A stretch of DNA of 64,000 nt, taken from Fimbriosthenelais zetlandica. Its lineage: Eukaryota. A model generated the notes under the pieces. It was not told the origin of the DNA. It saw only the letters and a list, made by a program, of their open reading frames with translations, and searched no databases. Below are positions 26,201 to 41,391 of this stretch, piece after piece (position 1 is the stretch's first letter; every line of letters begins with the position of its first letter). A program made the position numbers and the translations under genes. The stretch covers positions 20,212,001 to 20,276,000 of the forward strand of contig OZ365110.1 of the NCBI GenBank assembly GCA_977030845.1, in the 5' to 3' direction.

Positions 26201-29200
26201 TGGAGACTATTCTAAAGTGCTCACTGGCTCTTCCCTGGCTTTATATCAGGCCATTTAAACACTGTAGAGAGGGAGGAGAAAAAGAGTGAAAGCTGTCGGG
26301 CCTCAGCTGGAAATAACAATGACTCTGTGGAACAATACTATGGGTGTGACTGATATATATGGCTGTTTACTCATTACTGCAGTGTGTAGATATACTCTTG
26401 CACTATACATTATAGTTACATCGCTTTCTTCATAATTTTGTTATCTAATCGGTTATCACATTTCTTTTGTCTAAAAAGAAATATGTTCTAAGGTACTAAT
26501 TATGATAAACAGAACTTTTACCAGGTTTCTAGAAGAAAATGAGAAAGTCGTTAAAGAGGCCACTGTACAGAAAGAAATGCTGTCAGACTAAAGAGAAATA
26601 TAAATGTCTTGTACGGCTTCAAAGGTTATCCTATAGGGCGTTGACACCGGACGGAAAGCCATTGAACGCCACACCTGTTCGGATTCAATAATAAATGACA
26701 TGAAATGATAGCAAGACATAGAGCACAAAGGGAAGACTTGCTTCCCTTTTTGTTTCATAATGTGAACTTATTTTATTATGCAAGCAAGGAAATCTCACCA
26801 TAACTTGATAAGGTACCGGCATCCCAGCCTGTGTGGACAGTGGAGATAAAAGATGTTTTTATACTATTTTCCTATGGAGACCATTGGATTAGCATAAACA
26901 TGGATTGGTCTATTTTTACCATGCAACAATGCTTGGCATATATACCACACATATAGAAAGTTACTATGCTATGTTCAGAAACATGTAAATTATAGATTAA
27001 GCATTACATGAATAGTGGCCGCATGATACTTAAAATTATGAGGTTTCTATGGAGATATAAAGAATGGACAGAAATGAGTGCTGAGGTGAGGCCCCTATCA
27101 CATAATTGTTGTTGACAAAAAGGGATCCATGTTATAACGCATTTGGTTACATGACCAAGTTCACCATTTTGATTTAAATGAGGTTCTAATATTTTTCCTA
27201 ACGGAAGGTACAGCTCCATAGGCAGGTTTGAAAGATTCTTTTACCTCTATCATATCCAGTTGCATGGCAGATCCAATCAAACAAAGTAGCCCTCCCATCA
27301 AAACAGTGCCTGTATTTATATGATATTCAGTAATATTCCCTCAAGAGATAATGAGGATGTCAAACTTATGATTATAGTGCGAGGACTGAGAGAGACAAGG
27401 AAAACCAGACATTTTCAATCTTGGTATTTCTGATTCAAGAATATTTACTTTAATATATTTCGGATTTTTCTGGGACCGGACACAGTTTGAAGACTTTGTG
27501 TTGAAAAGCCAAGACTGGTATTTCTATAGTAATACTACGTAAAAATCCTTAGATACTGTCAGGAAAGAAAAAGGTAGAGCCTAACACAATTTGTCAAGAG
27601 CCAGACACACTCTACCCATTAGCCCTTTGAAGAGGTGGTCTTCTGCCTTTGTCCTAACGGGCTAGAAAATGTATTTGCGAAGCAGGCCCTGCATGGGCAG
27701 TTCTCTCTACTGATCTTGGCCATGCAAGTGAAGCTAGAAGAGAGCACCTTAAAACGCAATGTGATATAGGTTCCCCAGAAGCTCATTTCACTATGATTGA
27801 TCACCTGGTACTACTGCTTCCGGCAATATCAGGCCATGACCGTCAATTATTCAGTGAAAGCGTGGTGCGAAGACTGCATAGTCAAATGAGAGAAAGAGCT
27901 GTCATTTAGCAAGTACCAGTCATCCACATTATCCTCATGAGGGGTAGCCTTAATGTCATGGCTCTACATGGCTGGAACTTCACTTCTTCTCCCGGGGGGA
28001 GTTTATTCCAAGTGAAAAACTACCGCTTTCGAAGCCTCATAATTATCTAATGTGTGTTTGCTCAAGTCAGTGGCCTGAAATGCTGAATTGTCCTTACATC
28101 ATTTCAAATCTAAAATGTACAACTTTTAATATTGCAATAATCCGTAGCTGAAAAAGTTCCGAGACCTTGAAGAAATATTCACTCATTCATTTCAATAATC
28201 CATATCAGCCCATTTTTGTTTGCATTTTTACTTGCTTTAGCTTGTGTGATTCCATTAGAAGTGAACCTGCTTTAACTGTATGCTATCCATTACATTTTGC
28301 AATGTCACTTTAGGAAGATGCAGATTTCTGCTGCCTAAAACCCGGTATACACTCTAGCCACATCAGTCAACCCTGTCACACCCAATAATCCATACCACTG
28401 TCAGCCGTTTCTCCCACTAAAAAGCGACCAACATAATGATTGATTGGCACGCTCCGTGAGGCAGTGCAGAGCAATTGCTGGGAGCTGCTGCCAGATCTAT
28501 TTTTGGACTAGAATTACTCTGCAGACAGCATTCCCCAATCTTGTGGAGATGTCAAAGCCTTCCATGGTCTGGTAACCATGAGTATGTGGGTACAAGAATG
28601 TGAGAAAGCTTTGTGACAAGGGGAAAAATGAAATCAGATGGTTAGAGGCATGTCCGTTCCCCCAGTAACGCTTCAGTAATTTGCAGCAGGGTGGAATTCT
28701 GGCCGGTGCATTGGGAGAAAATGGACATGGGCAATGGCCATAATCGGGCATAGTCACAGAACATAGATTAGGTGGTGAATTGACTGCATTTATCTGACTA
28801 ACTGTATTTTGGATGGAAAGATCGATTGATATCTCGGCTGAATGATTTGCCTTCGCAAGTGGGTGACAGTTTAAATGCTTATCTGCACTGGGCACTCAAC
28901 GGATTATTGCCACCTAGGATGCCTTGGTCTGGTTTGCTCCCCTTCTTTTTATCAAATTCTCTCGCTTGTATCAGACTTCTTCAAATTTGTTTAACTGAAA
29001 TGTCTCTGCAAATTAGGAAAAGGGATTGCAAATACCTGAAAGGATTTTTACTACAACTTGGCGTGAATTACGTTGAGCGTGTGTCGTTGGGCGTGTTTTA
29101 GCCATTTGATAGTAGGTGCTAAAATTCGCGCCTGAGGATTTGTGCTTTTCGTGTCTCTCCCACTGAATTCACTATGAACTATATTCCCTCATAAAACCTT

Positions 29201-29339
29201 ATGTGGAATGGGATTCCATTTGTAATTGCTCCGAGTCCATCAAATCCTGCCTTATTTTCACCAATTTAGAAGCCATCTCTCCAATTCCACCCGCCAAGTG
29301 CATGTCTCCTATTCTTAAAAAAAAAGATCTAGAGGCAAT

Positions 29340-30220
29340 GGAGATCTACCCATAGGCTCGTGTTAAAATCACATTCTTAACCTCCCGTGTTGACAAATGA
29401 GAACAAGAGCTCAATGATGGTGTGGCTTTTAACAACACTCCAAGTACTGAAAGCTTGGAGATAAAATGAAATGGGACGAACCCAAACACATCCCCCATAC
29501 AAGCCCTCACACTGCTACTAAACATTACCACTGTTTACTCTGCCTTGAGGAGTGTTCTCATTGATGCTAGGTTTTCACCCGAAAGTGCCTTGGGGGGAAG
29601 AGAGAGACATTGCCCCTTGCTGTCAGAGGGTCCTACCATAGGGATATACAATATCTATCCATCTAACTGGGACTTAATCCATTGAGAAATGAATGAATGA
29701 GGCCTGTTCTCAATCACTGTCCTGCAGGAATGCCAGATACTCCCGGCTCCATACAGCTCTACTATAGGTACACGTGATGTGTACTTCTACCAATCACCGG
29801 GTCCTCCAGGGCACATTGAAGGTGCAATTATCAGACCCTGCGGTTAACAATATCCTGTATGTGAAAGACATCCCACTTAAGAGTTAAGCCGTGCTTCACA
29901 ATAGCTAAAGTGGGGGTTGAAAAAATGTTTCTTGTTCGGACACTGCTGTCAGAGGAATATTTCACCCAGTCTTCTGAGAGGCTGAGTGTATAGTTGTCAG
30001 GAGTCCATTAAATTTGTAACCATCAGGAGCTCTTCCCACATTGGTGGAAGAGAGATTGCCTCAGCCCAACGAGTATCGTTGCTCAGCCTTAAGAGCCGTA
30101 TACTGAAGATGAATGCTCTGTGCAATGCAGCGGAGTGTAGAAGGAATCAACGGCTTCTGTTTAATGTTCCAGCCATGCTCCGGCAGAATTCGGTCAAGGA
30201 GTGTGCGACTGTACAATAGA
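29340..30220 (-). mobile_element. LINE (L1/RTE-like) reverse transcriptase relic
   Basis: Ordered - strand motifs with frameshifts: PQG and FNV..LE (29860-29800), YLAFLQD (LAFADD-like, near 29730), FQYL(GV) near 29445. Confidence 0.6.
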
Positions 30221-30779
30221 AACCCCGAGAGAAGCTAAATCAATTGTATATTGCCCCTTGGGATGTTGTTCTAAGAACATTTGTATGCATCAAGCTTGCC
30301 ATATTTGGCATTATAAAATTTACCCTGCCCGGGGAGGAACAAATGGCCATGTTTTAGTGCCCGTGGGGAATTAGCATAGTAGGACAAGTGGCATGTGCAA
30401 ATCAAAAAGAAATCTGAACCTTCTTCCACGTATTTTCTTTCTACAAAAAATAGATTGTTTGATAAAAGAAGGAACTGAAGACTTGTCCGTTGCACACTGC
30501 TACCTGCTTGAACTATTTGCTTTTGAATTTTACCTGAACTCGCTGATGCAGTCGTGCAAAACAATTGAAAATGAAAAAGAAATCTCCATCCAAGTGCAAT
30601 TTCTACGAGCGTCTTGTAAGGTCTAGACCGACTGTGACATTGTATTATGATCAATGGCAATGTACAGGCGAGGGACTATATAAGTGCACTGTTCCAAGCC
30701 TAAATTGAAATCCATGCAGTCACTTTATTTTCTATCCGTCTACCCACTCTATGGGAGAGTGTCATAAATATTGGCAATA

Positions 30780-31000
30780 TGAGGGATATCAGTATTGCAT
30801 TTCTATTATTTAGATGCATGTATTGTATGTCCACCCCTCCCACCACTTCATTCCATTGGTTCAGCCAAGGCTTACGGACAGATTGACGGGACATCCTCAG
30901 ATACAATTGATTCCCTTGGGTTTAATATCTAATATTTTCAATTGTTTTCCAAGTGTCTCTTATGGATTGGCCTTGTCAGCCATTTCATGTAGTTGATCCA
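30780..31000 (+). mobile_element. possible pogo-like DDE fragment
   Basis: VLYVHPSHHFIPLVQPRLTD resembles LxLPPHxTHxLQPLD. Confidence 0.25.
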
Positions 31001-33779
31001 ATGCTTAAGAGATTGACATGGAGCGTCAACCTGCTGTGAACAGACAATATTTGCACAAAGATGATTTTACACTTGAAGCAGTGCATAACCAACTGGTGAG
31101 TGCAGGGAGCCACTCCTTCACACTCAGCGAGCATATATATAAGTTTGATCTGGCTCTTTTCATTAGGCTCTATAGAGGCCTTGGTCCCCTGTTCCCGAGG
31201 GTATCGGAGATCCAGGGCTAAGGCTCTGAAGAAGCACCGAATCCTCAGATCTTGCCACGTTGCACCCAGTCACCTTACAAGGTCAATCGATTGGCATCTA
31301 AATATATGCCAGAGATAGAGAAAAAAGTTCACGGCGACAAATGTTGGTTCTTGAAGTGGTTTGGTAACATCCCCTAGTGGCAGATTAGACGCTTCGCTTG
31401 TCCTTTAACAAGACCTGCATGTGTCAACAGGCCATTTTGATGAGATGATCAATATAATATTGATATAAAACATCCCAAAATAGCATATCAAAGACTAATT
31501 CGTTTGCATCTGTATTTCTAGAGTCATCATTCATACGTCCTTGAGTTTGCATGTATATATGGAAGGTGTGTCATCTTTCATCATCACCATCCATATGGTG
31601 CATGCTTTTCTGATTCAGCCGATAGTTTTTTAGACAATTAAAGGCAGACCGAGTATCTACCTGTATGCTTTGGTAACCTCAATGATTGACATCAGATGAC
31701 AGAACCCCAGAATATATGTTAGCCTGACCTCTATCCTTAAAAGTAAGTCAGCTTTCTATGATGTGAATCCTCATCATTAAAGGCTAATAAATCTCCTTCA
31801 ATGACTTCTTTCAATGCATGTTACTTTTTTGGGAATGTCTGCCTCAGGTTTCGTGCTAATTTCGAGATCCAATGAGGTATTTCGAACCCCGTCAGAGAAT
31901 CCAACTTATCTGGGTCTATACAAGTCCTGTGTCCCATCATATTGCTATATGCACATTGATAAACATGCACAGGAAAACGATCAGGTGCATTAAATTTTAT
32001 ATATTCAGGTCATGCAAACATGTCAAGATTTACCTTAGAAAAAATCTTTTATAATTTATTTCCAATGCACAGTTTGCCTAAGAAACGTCGATTGGCTCTC
32101 TGACTACAGGCTTGATGCAAATATTTACATGCAGCCATCTTAATTACTTTCATACGTCTTGACACGGCAGGCCTTATTTAATTGCCATTTCTCGCGAGAT
32201 CCATCAATACACATTTTATTTGGAATTTCTTACTTAAACATTGATTAACGGAACACTTGCGTTGATTGTTATATCAGTTTGCAATCCATACCCACAGTTT
32301 CTAATCAGTGACGCAATTTAAATGACTCGGTTGGCGCTTCAGTTTCGACATTAGGTGTGAACTGCAATCTGGATAGCCATTTACACTGCCTTCCAATCTT
32401 TTGCTACACGAACCCATCCCATTTGCCCAACCCATATCCTCCTCAATATGGGTAATTAACTCCCCACGGGTATTATCAAAGAGGCACACGGATTCTGGCC
32501 CAGTAAACGGGTGAACAGGCAGAGAGAAAATGGGCTCCTGTGCCAGGTAATGAATTCACAATCTCTTTCATCTAAATTGGACTCTGCAGATGCTATAAGG
32601 TTGAGAAAATATGTCCTTAGAATATGACCTACAGATGGGTGACAATTTAGGGTAGACTTATAAACCCCATTCTGGATATAATATATCCATGAAGCTCTAT
32701 CCTACTTAACGTTCACTGGTATTCATTGCAATGGCTGCAATTGGATTTGGCCATGATTTAAAAGGTTTATTGCTTTTCTTGTAAGGATAGCGTGTGAGGA
32801 CCACGAATAATATCGCCAATCAGTTCTGCAATCATGTGCTTGACAGTTGAATCACCAGGATTCACCAGTATCACCAATCCCACCCAGAACTGGTCCTATC
32901 TGCTTAGTATGGACAACCCTTCAGAGAAAACAGCCTCCTACTCCGGTTCCACATATTTCCCAAAATAAAACACAGGAGACCCACATCTTTCCTACTATAG
33001 GTAAATTAGGTTAACACTAGGGTTTGTCCTTTCCCATTAAAACAATGCCCACGCTCGACATGTGGGAGGTCGGGGCATTATAGGAATCATTCCTCCTTAC
33101 CATTATTCATGAGAACCAAATCTGTCCCTGCCAGTCAGCTAATATGTATGCAAAGTACATGGGGCTGCCAGTTTCATCAGATCTCGCCTGGTGGCACTGC
33201 GGTCGTAATATCCGGCCAGGACTTCAGCACCAGATGATGGCTATTACCTCAATGAGCTCATCATCTACCCTGATGACCTACTCTCTCCAAATTCACCTCT
33301 TACGACCGCAGAATCACCCTACAACTGGACCATACCGCTTCCTCCAGCTATATCATTATTACCATGCATAATATTACATGGTATATATATATTTGCATAA
33401 TTTTACCAACAGCTATATAAAAATAATTGCATATATATGCCCTATTACAGGATTGATGTGCATGTACATCTATAGCTAATTACAAAACATGTTTTGTGTT
33501 GATGAATAATTTCACTGATCGCATCTATAATGGTCTTGATATCTAGGAAATCTGTATTCCGAGATTTGAGGTCAATACATTCCTGGGTGATATTCATCTA
33601 TGACTGCTATGGGTACGTGCTAATAATATGCCACAGAGTATCACCCTTATTGCATGATGTCGCATGACACTATGAGAGTGGGCACACTTTTTTGTGCAAA
33701 TAGCATCTGTGAACCAGCCACATAAACAACACTTTGCCAGCCTCAATGTCAAAGGTCATTTCCTAGATTAAAGCACTGG

Positions 33780-34675
33780 GATATGACATCTGCGGGCACA
33801 TCAGGATTTCTGGTTTGAAGGATTGAAATATTGCATTGGCTAGGCAGGATGAGCCTGCAGGTCTTGGCTGGCCTTTTGCCCTTACGAAGAACTTGGAAGA
33901 AGGTAGAGTAAGGGCATCAGGACTTCACTCACAGTGCCTCCACTCTGTGGTAGCACCAGCTAGACAGCCATGGGAAAGACCCTCAGCTTTCAGGAGCTGT
34001 ATCTCAGACCTAGGGCCCTCAGCTCATGGTGATGCTTCCCACCCTAAGTTTCCATGAAAGGTTTCTTCTAAGAAGCCAAGTGAAGTTCATGTCTTCTAAT
34101 GTACAGGACCCGACAAGCCCAGGTTTTTTAACACTCTCTGTTCACAGATTGGCATGAGTCTGACCTTTTAGATCCCAATCGAGATTTGGGAGTCATTGCT
34201 TTGACAACCTTGCCGAAAGTCGAAGACAGCATCAAAAAAGGAATTCCTGACCCTGTCAAAAGAGTGTCAACTTAAACAAACCCACTGTCTATTATCCAAG
34301 AACTCTGGAGAATCTCTCTGCCAAACAAAGCCTTTCGCCCTGGAGGTGGCATTTGTCTTCCCTAGCTTACTTCATATCATTTGAAGTGCTGTATAGGAAG
34401 GTGGGGATAATGGCAATTAGTGCCTTAACTTGGATGTGGTGCCATATACAATAGCTGCTCCAAGGCAACCATGTGTATAATCTACACAGTTCGTGGACCT
34501 TATGGACTTCAGGACTGCTTTGTCTGGTCTCGTCTGAGTCTGGCCTTTCTACATACACTTCTATATTCAGGCAGTGGCACCACAGAGGCTCTCTGTGACA
34601 GGCACTGCTGACCAAATTGCTCGCTAGGGAATTTGGGGCCGGCTGAAGATTTGTCTCGCCAAATTTGCTGATCAC
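33780..34675 (-). mobile_element. L1-clade reverse transcriptase relic
   Basis: ALIAIIPT (like IxLIPK) in ORF 34367-34675, and in-frame FDRVRNSFFDAVF at 34260-34222 (like KAFDRVxxxFLxxVL). Confidence 0.55.
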
Positions 34676-37600
34676 TTCGATCCCACTAATGTGACCCTGA
34701 CAGTGGCTTCTATCAATCCCAGACGCAATTCAGTTTCTACGATACTTTTCAATTCTTGTATTTATATAGTATTTGTATTGATATAATATATATTCATCAT
34801 TGGTATAGTGGTATATTGTGAGGCGCAATGTAGGTATTGGCCAGGATGTGCTTGCAGCCCTAACAAAGGGGCTCTTCAGTTATGTCCGCTGTCTTTGCCC
34901 GACCAATTTACCTCTCAAAGCTCCTGTCAGAAACAAACACAGCCGTCTGTTGGATCTCCAACTGCCAGGCCCCAGAGCTTTGTGCTAAGCGAGTGGGAGT
35001 TGGTTTGTATGACGAGGATCATAGCCGGTCATCCATCTGTTTGCTGTGGATCTGTAGGGCTATAGAGACAGATAAGGACACTTTGTGTATATATATGCCA
35101 GGGCCATGCTTGAGTGTCTTATTGATATCAGTCTTGTGAGATAGCATTGCCATCACACTTGTGGTAACAAGTACCAAATTGGATTTTGTATCAGAAGGAA
35201 TGTCCGTGACTCAAATAAGCTTTATTAGCCCATAAAATCACTGTTCCTCTATCCTGATTGTCATCATCCAAAACTTATAACGTAGCAGATAATGACTTCG
35301 CCAGTAGATAGAGAGTCTTGTTTGGTTTGGTTAGGTTATTGTTTGCTTACAGAATGGCGCTTTCACATGCATGTCTACTTAGTTATGTCTTTCATGGAGC
35401 CTGGAAGTTGCTTATTTATGGCAACTTAATAAATAAGTATCTCGGGTGTTTCCGTTTTACTACCTTGTAAGGACATGTGAGTGAACGTAAAACAATGCAC
35501 TCTCTTTTATATTGCCTCGTTGTATTACTCATTCACTTATGCTCTTATAAGAATTAAGGAGATGAGAAGCTGCCCTCAGTATTGGCTCTTACTAGCGGTT
35601 ACCATCTCTTCTACGGATGATAAAGATGGAAGCCGGTACGTGCATGCAAACTGCTGAATAATAGATGCACACATACACTTGGCCCTCAATGCTAGGGGCA
35701 GATTTATGACAGCAGCAGGAGATGGATCGTGAGCTTAATGGGTATTAGCTATTGTGGTAGGAGCTTTTACTGATATGCTACACAGACACAAACATATGAT
35801 ACCTTTGTCTGTCGAGAGCCCATTCTGCTTTTTTCTCGTGGAAATGTGTCTCATCAAGACTTGGTCTGAGCCATTCAAGGAGAGTTTAACGTTTTTTGTC
35901 TGTTTATGTGTGTGGGAGTAATAGCCTGAAATATATAGACCATTCAACAGACAGATATAATTATTTCTTAAAGGGTTTGGGCTAAAGACAGTGATAAATC
36001 ATGTCTACTTATGTGGCATCCAGGCTATGGCTATTGGTAGAGAGATGCATTACTGAACTACATGTATCACTGGTTCATATGTCACTTTTCATTGACCTTC
36101 TTGATCAATATTCTTTATCCACAACGACCTATTTGGTCCTTTCCGTGACCTAAATTTGGATATCCCAAATACGCTCTATTATACTACTATACTACTACCC
36201 AATTGATCCTTTCATGGCCTAAACTGTGACATTTGGATCTCTTACTGGGCATTGCTTTTGTCCCTGTAGTGATCCCGAAAAGTCTATTTCAAATTGTGTA
36301 CATAAGTCCTTATGCTGCATAACCGTAGACTTAAGCATTATTACACAACAATAGAAATGTGGCAGGTTGAATTTTTTAAAAGTCAATTCTTGAATTACTG
36401 CGGTCCATGTTTCTTGGATATTTCAACCTTGCCTCCGCCGGCTGTACCTCCTTCAAATGCCATTCATATTGTGTTCCCATCCACTTATTGCACTTTCCTT
36501 CAAAATAATACCCATGAAAGGGTAAAAAACAAGGAAAATGACTCCCAACTTGTCCTTTATTTGGAAAGTGTCTCAATACTTGATTGAAGAAAGCTAAAGG
36601 AAGTATTTTGGTAGAATTGTGGCTCATATACCCGGCTGTGCTGAACTAAATAATTATGCGGTCGCCCTTCCTGTATAAATGTTAGCTTGACATTGTGGTA
36701 TAGATTCCTAGATTATTCTTTCTCTTTTATTTTACTCACATATTGCGCCGTATTAGCTATAAGGTACAACTACAAGATTCCCTATGAAAGTGTGGTTCTG
36801 GATCGATGCAATCTAGCTACTACTATTCCTCCTGTCACTCTTCTATCATCCGTCCTACTGTAGTTGAACTCCTTGTACCTAGAGGCTAGAGAAGGCCACT
36901 AACATATTTTACATCACAGAGTGCCGGACAGAGCATCTCTCTCTAACCATCCTTCTTCCAGACTTATGATTGTGTAATTTGCCAAAGTGCTGAAACTCTC
37001 CCTGCTCCCTGTGCTCCAATCATGGCCACCTTTGTCATCTTGTCTTTTTCGTCCAAGCACAACTCGCATGGTCTTTAACCTTGCCCATATTGAAGGCCAT
37101 GCACATTGATTTCCCTAGCCCATCGATGACTGCCATGGCGTCATGGTGTTGGATAATATTATATCAAATAGGCTTTTATTAGTGAGTAAACGATCCATCA
37201 TGTTGCTGTTGCAGTCAGCGGCTGACTGAATGTTGTCTGAATCTTTCAAGTCCTATCACTCAGTCATCGGCTGCTAATTCACTTATTGTTGATATGTAGC
37301 GGGCCTATCGGGGTTGAGTGAGTGTGGCAGGGGGCTAGCTTTTAGTGGGTTATTTAGTGGGTTATTGACTTTCTCTGCTGGGTTCAGACCCGACTGCTAA
37401 TACGGTGACGAAGATGGCTACAGACATGCTCTGACCTGACAAGAGGTCAGACATGACTGAACCTCATCCTCTCGCCAGAACAAAGCTATAGCAATATCAG
37501 GGCAGGACGTACCGAGCCACCAATATGTCATCTCACATGAAGCATCTCAACATCAAAGTCTTTTTGCTCCTCTGTGTACATTATGTAGAGTGAAACTTTT

Positions 37601-37849
37601 TAAGATTTCATACCATTGAGAATTGTGACTAATTTCAAGAAGTCTCTGATATTGAATCAGTGGGATAACCGAACGATACTTGATCTCCCTACTGTATGCT
37701 TATTCCCCTGATTAAATTCTCTCAGTGTATGATTGTACCTGCTACAATGTTTTCACTCCGAACTTGTCAAACCATTCCTTCTTTGTTCACAAGTGTGCAC
37801 TAAAAGCTCTAGACCACCCTTAAAATACGCCTGGCTGTAAACATTGCCA

Positions 37850-38340
37850 ACATCAAAGGCATATTGCTAACAGGCAGTGTCACCAGCCAGCCTCTCTATA
37901 CTTACCTTTATGAGAGGCTGAGCTTTGCTTGTCTTTGCTGTCGACCTCTGGTAACATTTCAATGACAACCTTTGTATGATCTTAGGCTTTTCAAGGCATT
38001 ATAGCCCAAGCCCGTGTGTCATGATCAAAAGCGGAGTTGAGGCTGGTATATGCCTCTGCACCAGGCTGTTATAGATGGCAGGTTTATCACAAGCTGGAGG
38101 GCCTCTCTTTTCCTCCAGCAGAGAGTTGCCAACTGCCACGACTGCCGTCATGTTCCACAGAATGGCGGAAATACTGTGTCAGCAGCCGTGCCGTAAATAC
38201 AGCCTGATTTTCTGATTGGCTCCAAATTGGTGGACCCGCAATTTGGAATCTCCAGCAGTAGGGGAACACAGAAGCACAATTTTCCCCTTCCCCTTCCCTC
38301 TTTTCCAAGGGGCTCTTTCAAAAGAAGAAAAATGAGCTAT
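37850..38340 (-). mobile_element. LTR-retrotransposon integrase core relic
   Basis: SENQAVFTARLLTQYF...GGKERP parallels SDxGxxFTxxxF...NGxxER. Confidence 0.5.
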
Positions 38341-38449
38341 ATGTTTGCCCAGAGACATTACATGGACGAATGTAACGTAAACCTATCGTGAAACAGCCCC
38401 GAAGCCTGGTGACTGCTCACAATATGCCACATGTTTTATAAACACCGTA

Positions 38450-38932
38450 AAACATTGCACCTAATAAATTTCTTCCGACAACTAGGAGAAGAAGACTGCG
38501 TTAATGAAGGACAAAAAAGCTTTTAACTCTTTCCTGATGACTTAAGATGGAAAGGTGTTGATCAGGATGACAGCATGTTCCTTTCATCTGTCACAGTTCC
38601 TTGTGTCAAGCGTTTCCTAAGCAGGCAGATGATAAATCCCCGTCCCCCGGTGCTTGGCATTTATGGAAAAAGGATTTAGCTTTTACATCTTGCACGTGAC
38701 ATAAGGTTCGCCTGGTTGAGCCAAAAGTTGGAACAGAATGTAGGCACGACCATGCAGCAGCAAATGCTGCTCCCATACCACTTGATGCCCAGTCCAATAG
38801 ATATTCCTTCTTTGTGACTCTAAGAAAACGATCTAGACATGTGGGAACAAAGGCTGACTTCATGAGATATTCTTTACCATTCAGGCAGCTTAGGACAACA
38901 TTACGTTCACTTTGCCTTTGATCATATATCAA
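38450..38932 (-). mobile_element. L1-type ORF2 fragment
   Basis: KAKSFFHKCQAPGDGD resembles the KAPGPDG motif preceding non-LTR RT. Confidence 0.45.
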
Positions 38933-39172
38933 CGTTTATCTCAAGTAAAGCAATTTGAAATTCAGGCACCTCCAGTTGTATAGAAAAGCACTGCCTTTAA
39001 TTACTCAGAGGTTTTCGGACAAAAGAACTTAAGCAATCGAACCGTTAAAGGAATCTCACTTTTTTCCTAGATATTTTATCCTTCTTGATATGTGTCTTTG
39101 CTATGGTCCTAGCACATACTAGTCATCATTGATTAATATTGTAGGACAGAATAGTAAAAGAATTCCTGTCAA

Positions 39173-39436
39173 TTAATTTGCTTTATTCAAGACCAAATTA
39201 TAGTCATTTAAATCAACCATGTTATTTACACCACTCTCCATGGGTACCCTACCTATGATGCCCCATACACTTTGATTGGTGAGAAACAGGAAGCGGAAAT
39301 ATAACTGACTACACGTAGCTGACGGTGGCGCCACTGACATGACTGGTGTTAAGGGGGAACTATAATTGTCATCTGTAATTGCCTCTATTAAAGTCCATGA
39401 CCAACTCTGTATGCTGAATAATCCACAAGATGGCAC
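39173..39436 (-). mobile_element. Tc1/IS630-like transposase fragment
   Basis: QSVWGIIGRVPMESGVNNMVDLNDYNLVL resembles SVWGxI...G...GxMNxxxYxxxL. Confidence 0.4.
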
Positions 39437-40639
39437 TTGGTATATTGCATATTGCCCGTGTAATTAGTTTTAGTATAAAATAGAACTTAATGATCTGAAT
39501 GTTCAGAGACCAATTATGGGGATACAGTTTGAAACTAATTATAATCACGAAGACACACCGGTCTATTCGTGATTTCCATTAATATAATTGTGCCTCTCAT
39601 TCTGGAAATATAGACAAAAAGAATGTATGTCCTTTAGTCTTATTAACAATGAGTCTCACAAATGGTTTTAAAGCTTTCCCGTGGATGCATTTTACAGCAT
39701 TAGATATTATTTATTAACGCCTATGGATAAAGTGAATAGGATTTAAAAAGCAGGGGATGTCTCGTAGTGCTGTTTTCTTTATGTACATCCATGCCTGAGG
39801 GTATTCTACTATAAGATGTCTCCATTAGGAGCTTGCCACTGTAGGTATGATTTGTCTCGCTTCAAAATAGTTATTATTGTTGGCTTCCGAGATGTATGAG
39901 GGTTGTTTTTTTAACTGATGGTGGAGTAAAATGGATATGATCAATCTTTCTTACCCATTGTTTCCCCTTGTAGTGTATTAAGGTGGTGGTATATTCTTAT
40001 TCGCAGACAAGCTGAGATGAGGCTCCAGGCATAGTAGTGCATTAATCACATGTAATAATGGAATATCATAAATATAATAATGTCTGAAATAATATTATTG
40101 ATGATGAAAAATGTCAGCCTGTCTTAATGATGTTGTCCTTGAAGTTATTTCATAGCTGAGCTTTGTATGTTGAATCTGTCGATATTGCCCCAGAAGTGAA
40201 TGACTGTCTTGGGTAGGATTTCGAAAAACTTAAATGTACACAGGCTATATGCATGTGTTTATTTAAAATTTATATTTGATTCTATATGGATATGGTTTGT
40301 GACTGGTTCTATGAGGCAAAAGGGCTATTGAAAAGATGGATTTTTTTATGTCACATTAACCTTGTATTGGATTGTAGACTTAGAGTGGAGCTGGTGTAAA
40401 CGCTTTTTCACATTTTCTAGTGTTAGCACTTCACAGACTTCACGAGTACTAGACGGATATCAGTATCCAAAGTCATTATATAAAATGATCCTGCAGGCCA
40501 CAATTATATCTAACAAAGGGTTAAGGACCCTAAACCATGTATATCGAGGGGCATATGTAAACTGAGACAATCAATTTAATTATCATTCACATTTGAACGT
40601 TCAGGGCGGAACACTCATTGAATGATTGATTCCAAGGCA

Positions 40640-41040
40640 GAGCCCCAATGTGGACCTGCTTATAACGAAGGCAATCAAGGACCAGGAAAGAGGTTTCTGA
40701 GAAGAGGGGAAGAGAGGCATGTGAGTGTTCCCAGACCAACATCTCAGAGTGGTCTCCTATATCTGAGGGAACCCAAGATAATCATCATGGACGCTGTTTG
40801 TTGTGTCTTTCCGTCCTTCTCTTTCTCTTGAAATTCTATTCCTCCTACTCTTCCATGTTCCCATTTCTACCCCTGTATACTTCTATTTTCTTTCCCCTTG
40901 ACAGGATGTTTTAACTGTTACTCTCTCTCTTACTTCTCTTCATTATTTGTCTCTGCCTTGTGCAACCTGTTCCACTTTATCTAGCTCTATCTCTAGCTCC
41001 TTTCACTATATCTCTCACTTTCTCTCATTCTCTCCTCGTA
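40640..41040 (+). mobile_element. pyrimidine-rich probable LTR relic
   Basis: Long CT-rich tract, the mirror image of the GA-rich tracts at 1325, 52000 and 54240. Composition only. Confidence 0.25.
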
Positions 41041-41391
41041 TCTGGCTAAATGTTGAATCAGAATCTAAAAAGGCCTTTTCAAAGATGATCCTGCTTTAAT
41101 TTCAGTGATCAACTCCTGAGGATCCAGGACCATGTCTTCCACTAATTGCACCGAAGGGGTCCCTAAAATGTGTTCATTAGTCGGGGAAACTTCATAAAAC
41201 AAGATTGGTTGATGTGATGGGGTCATTTTCAATTCAAGGAATAAAAATTGAATAATACATTGTCAGATGCTTCTTCCTTTGTGAAAAATATAATTGTATA
41301 AGACCTACGCGCCTTGTAATCCCTTAGACCTTATGTTGTTTTGATACTTGAATTGAAATCTTATAACTTCATTTTGCTCATCTCTTTTCAG

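Noticed and set aside
28242-28350. Additional pseudo-exons (for example LCDSIRSEPALT and EDADFCCLKP near 28.3 kb; also near 5.75, 14.2 and 33.55 kb)
   Set aside because: Weak acceptors or donors, implausibly short intervening introns, or incompatible phase.
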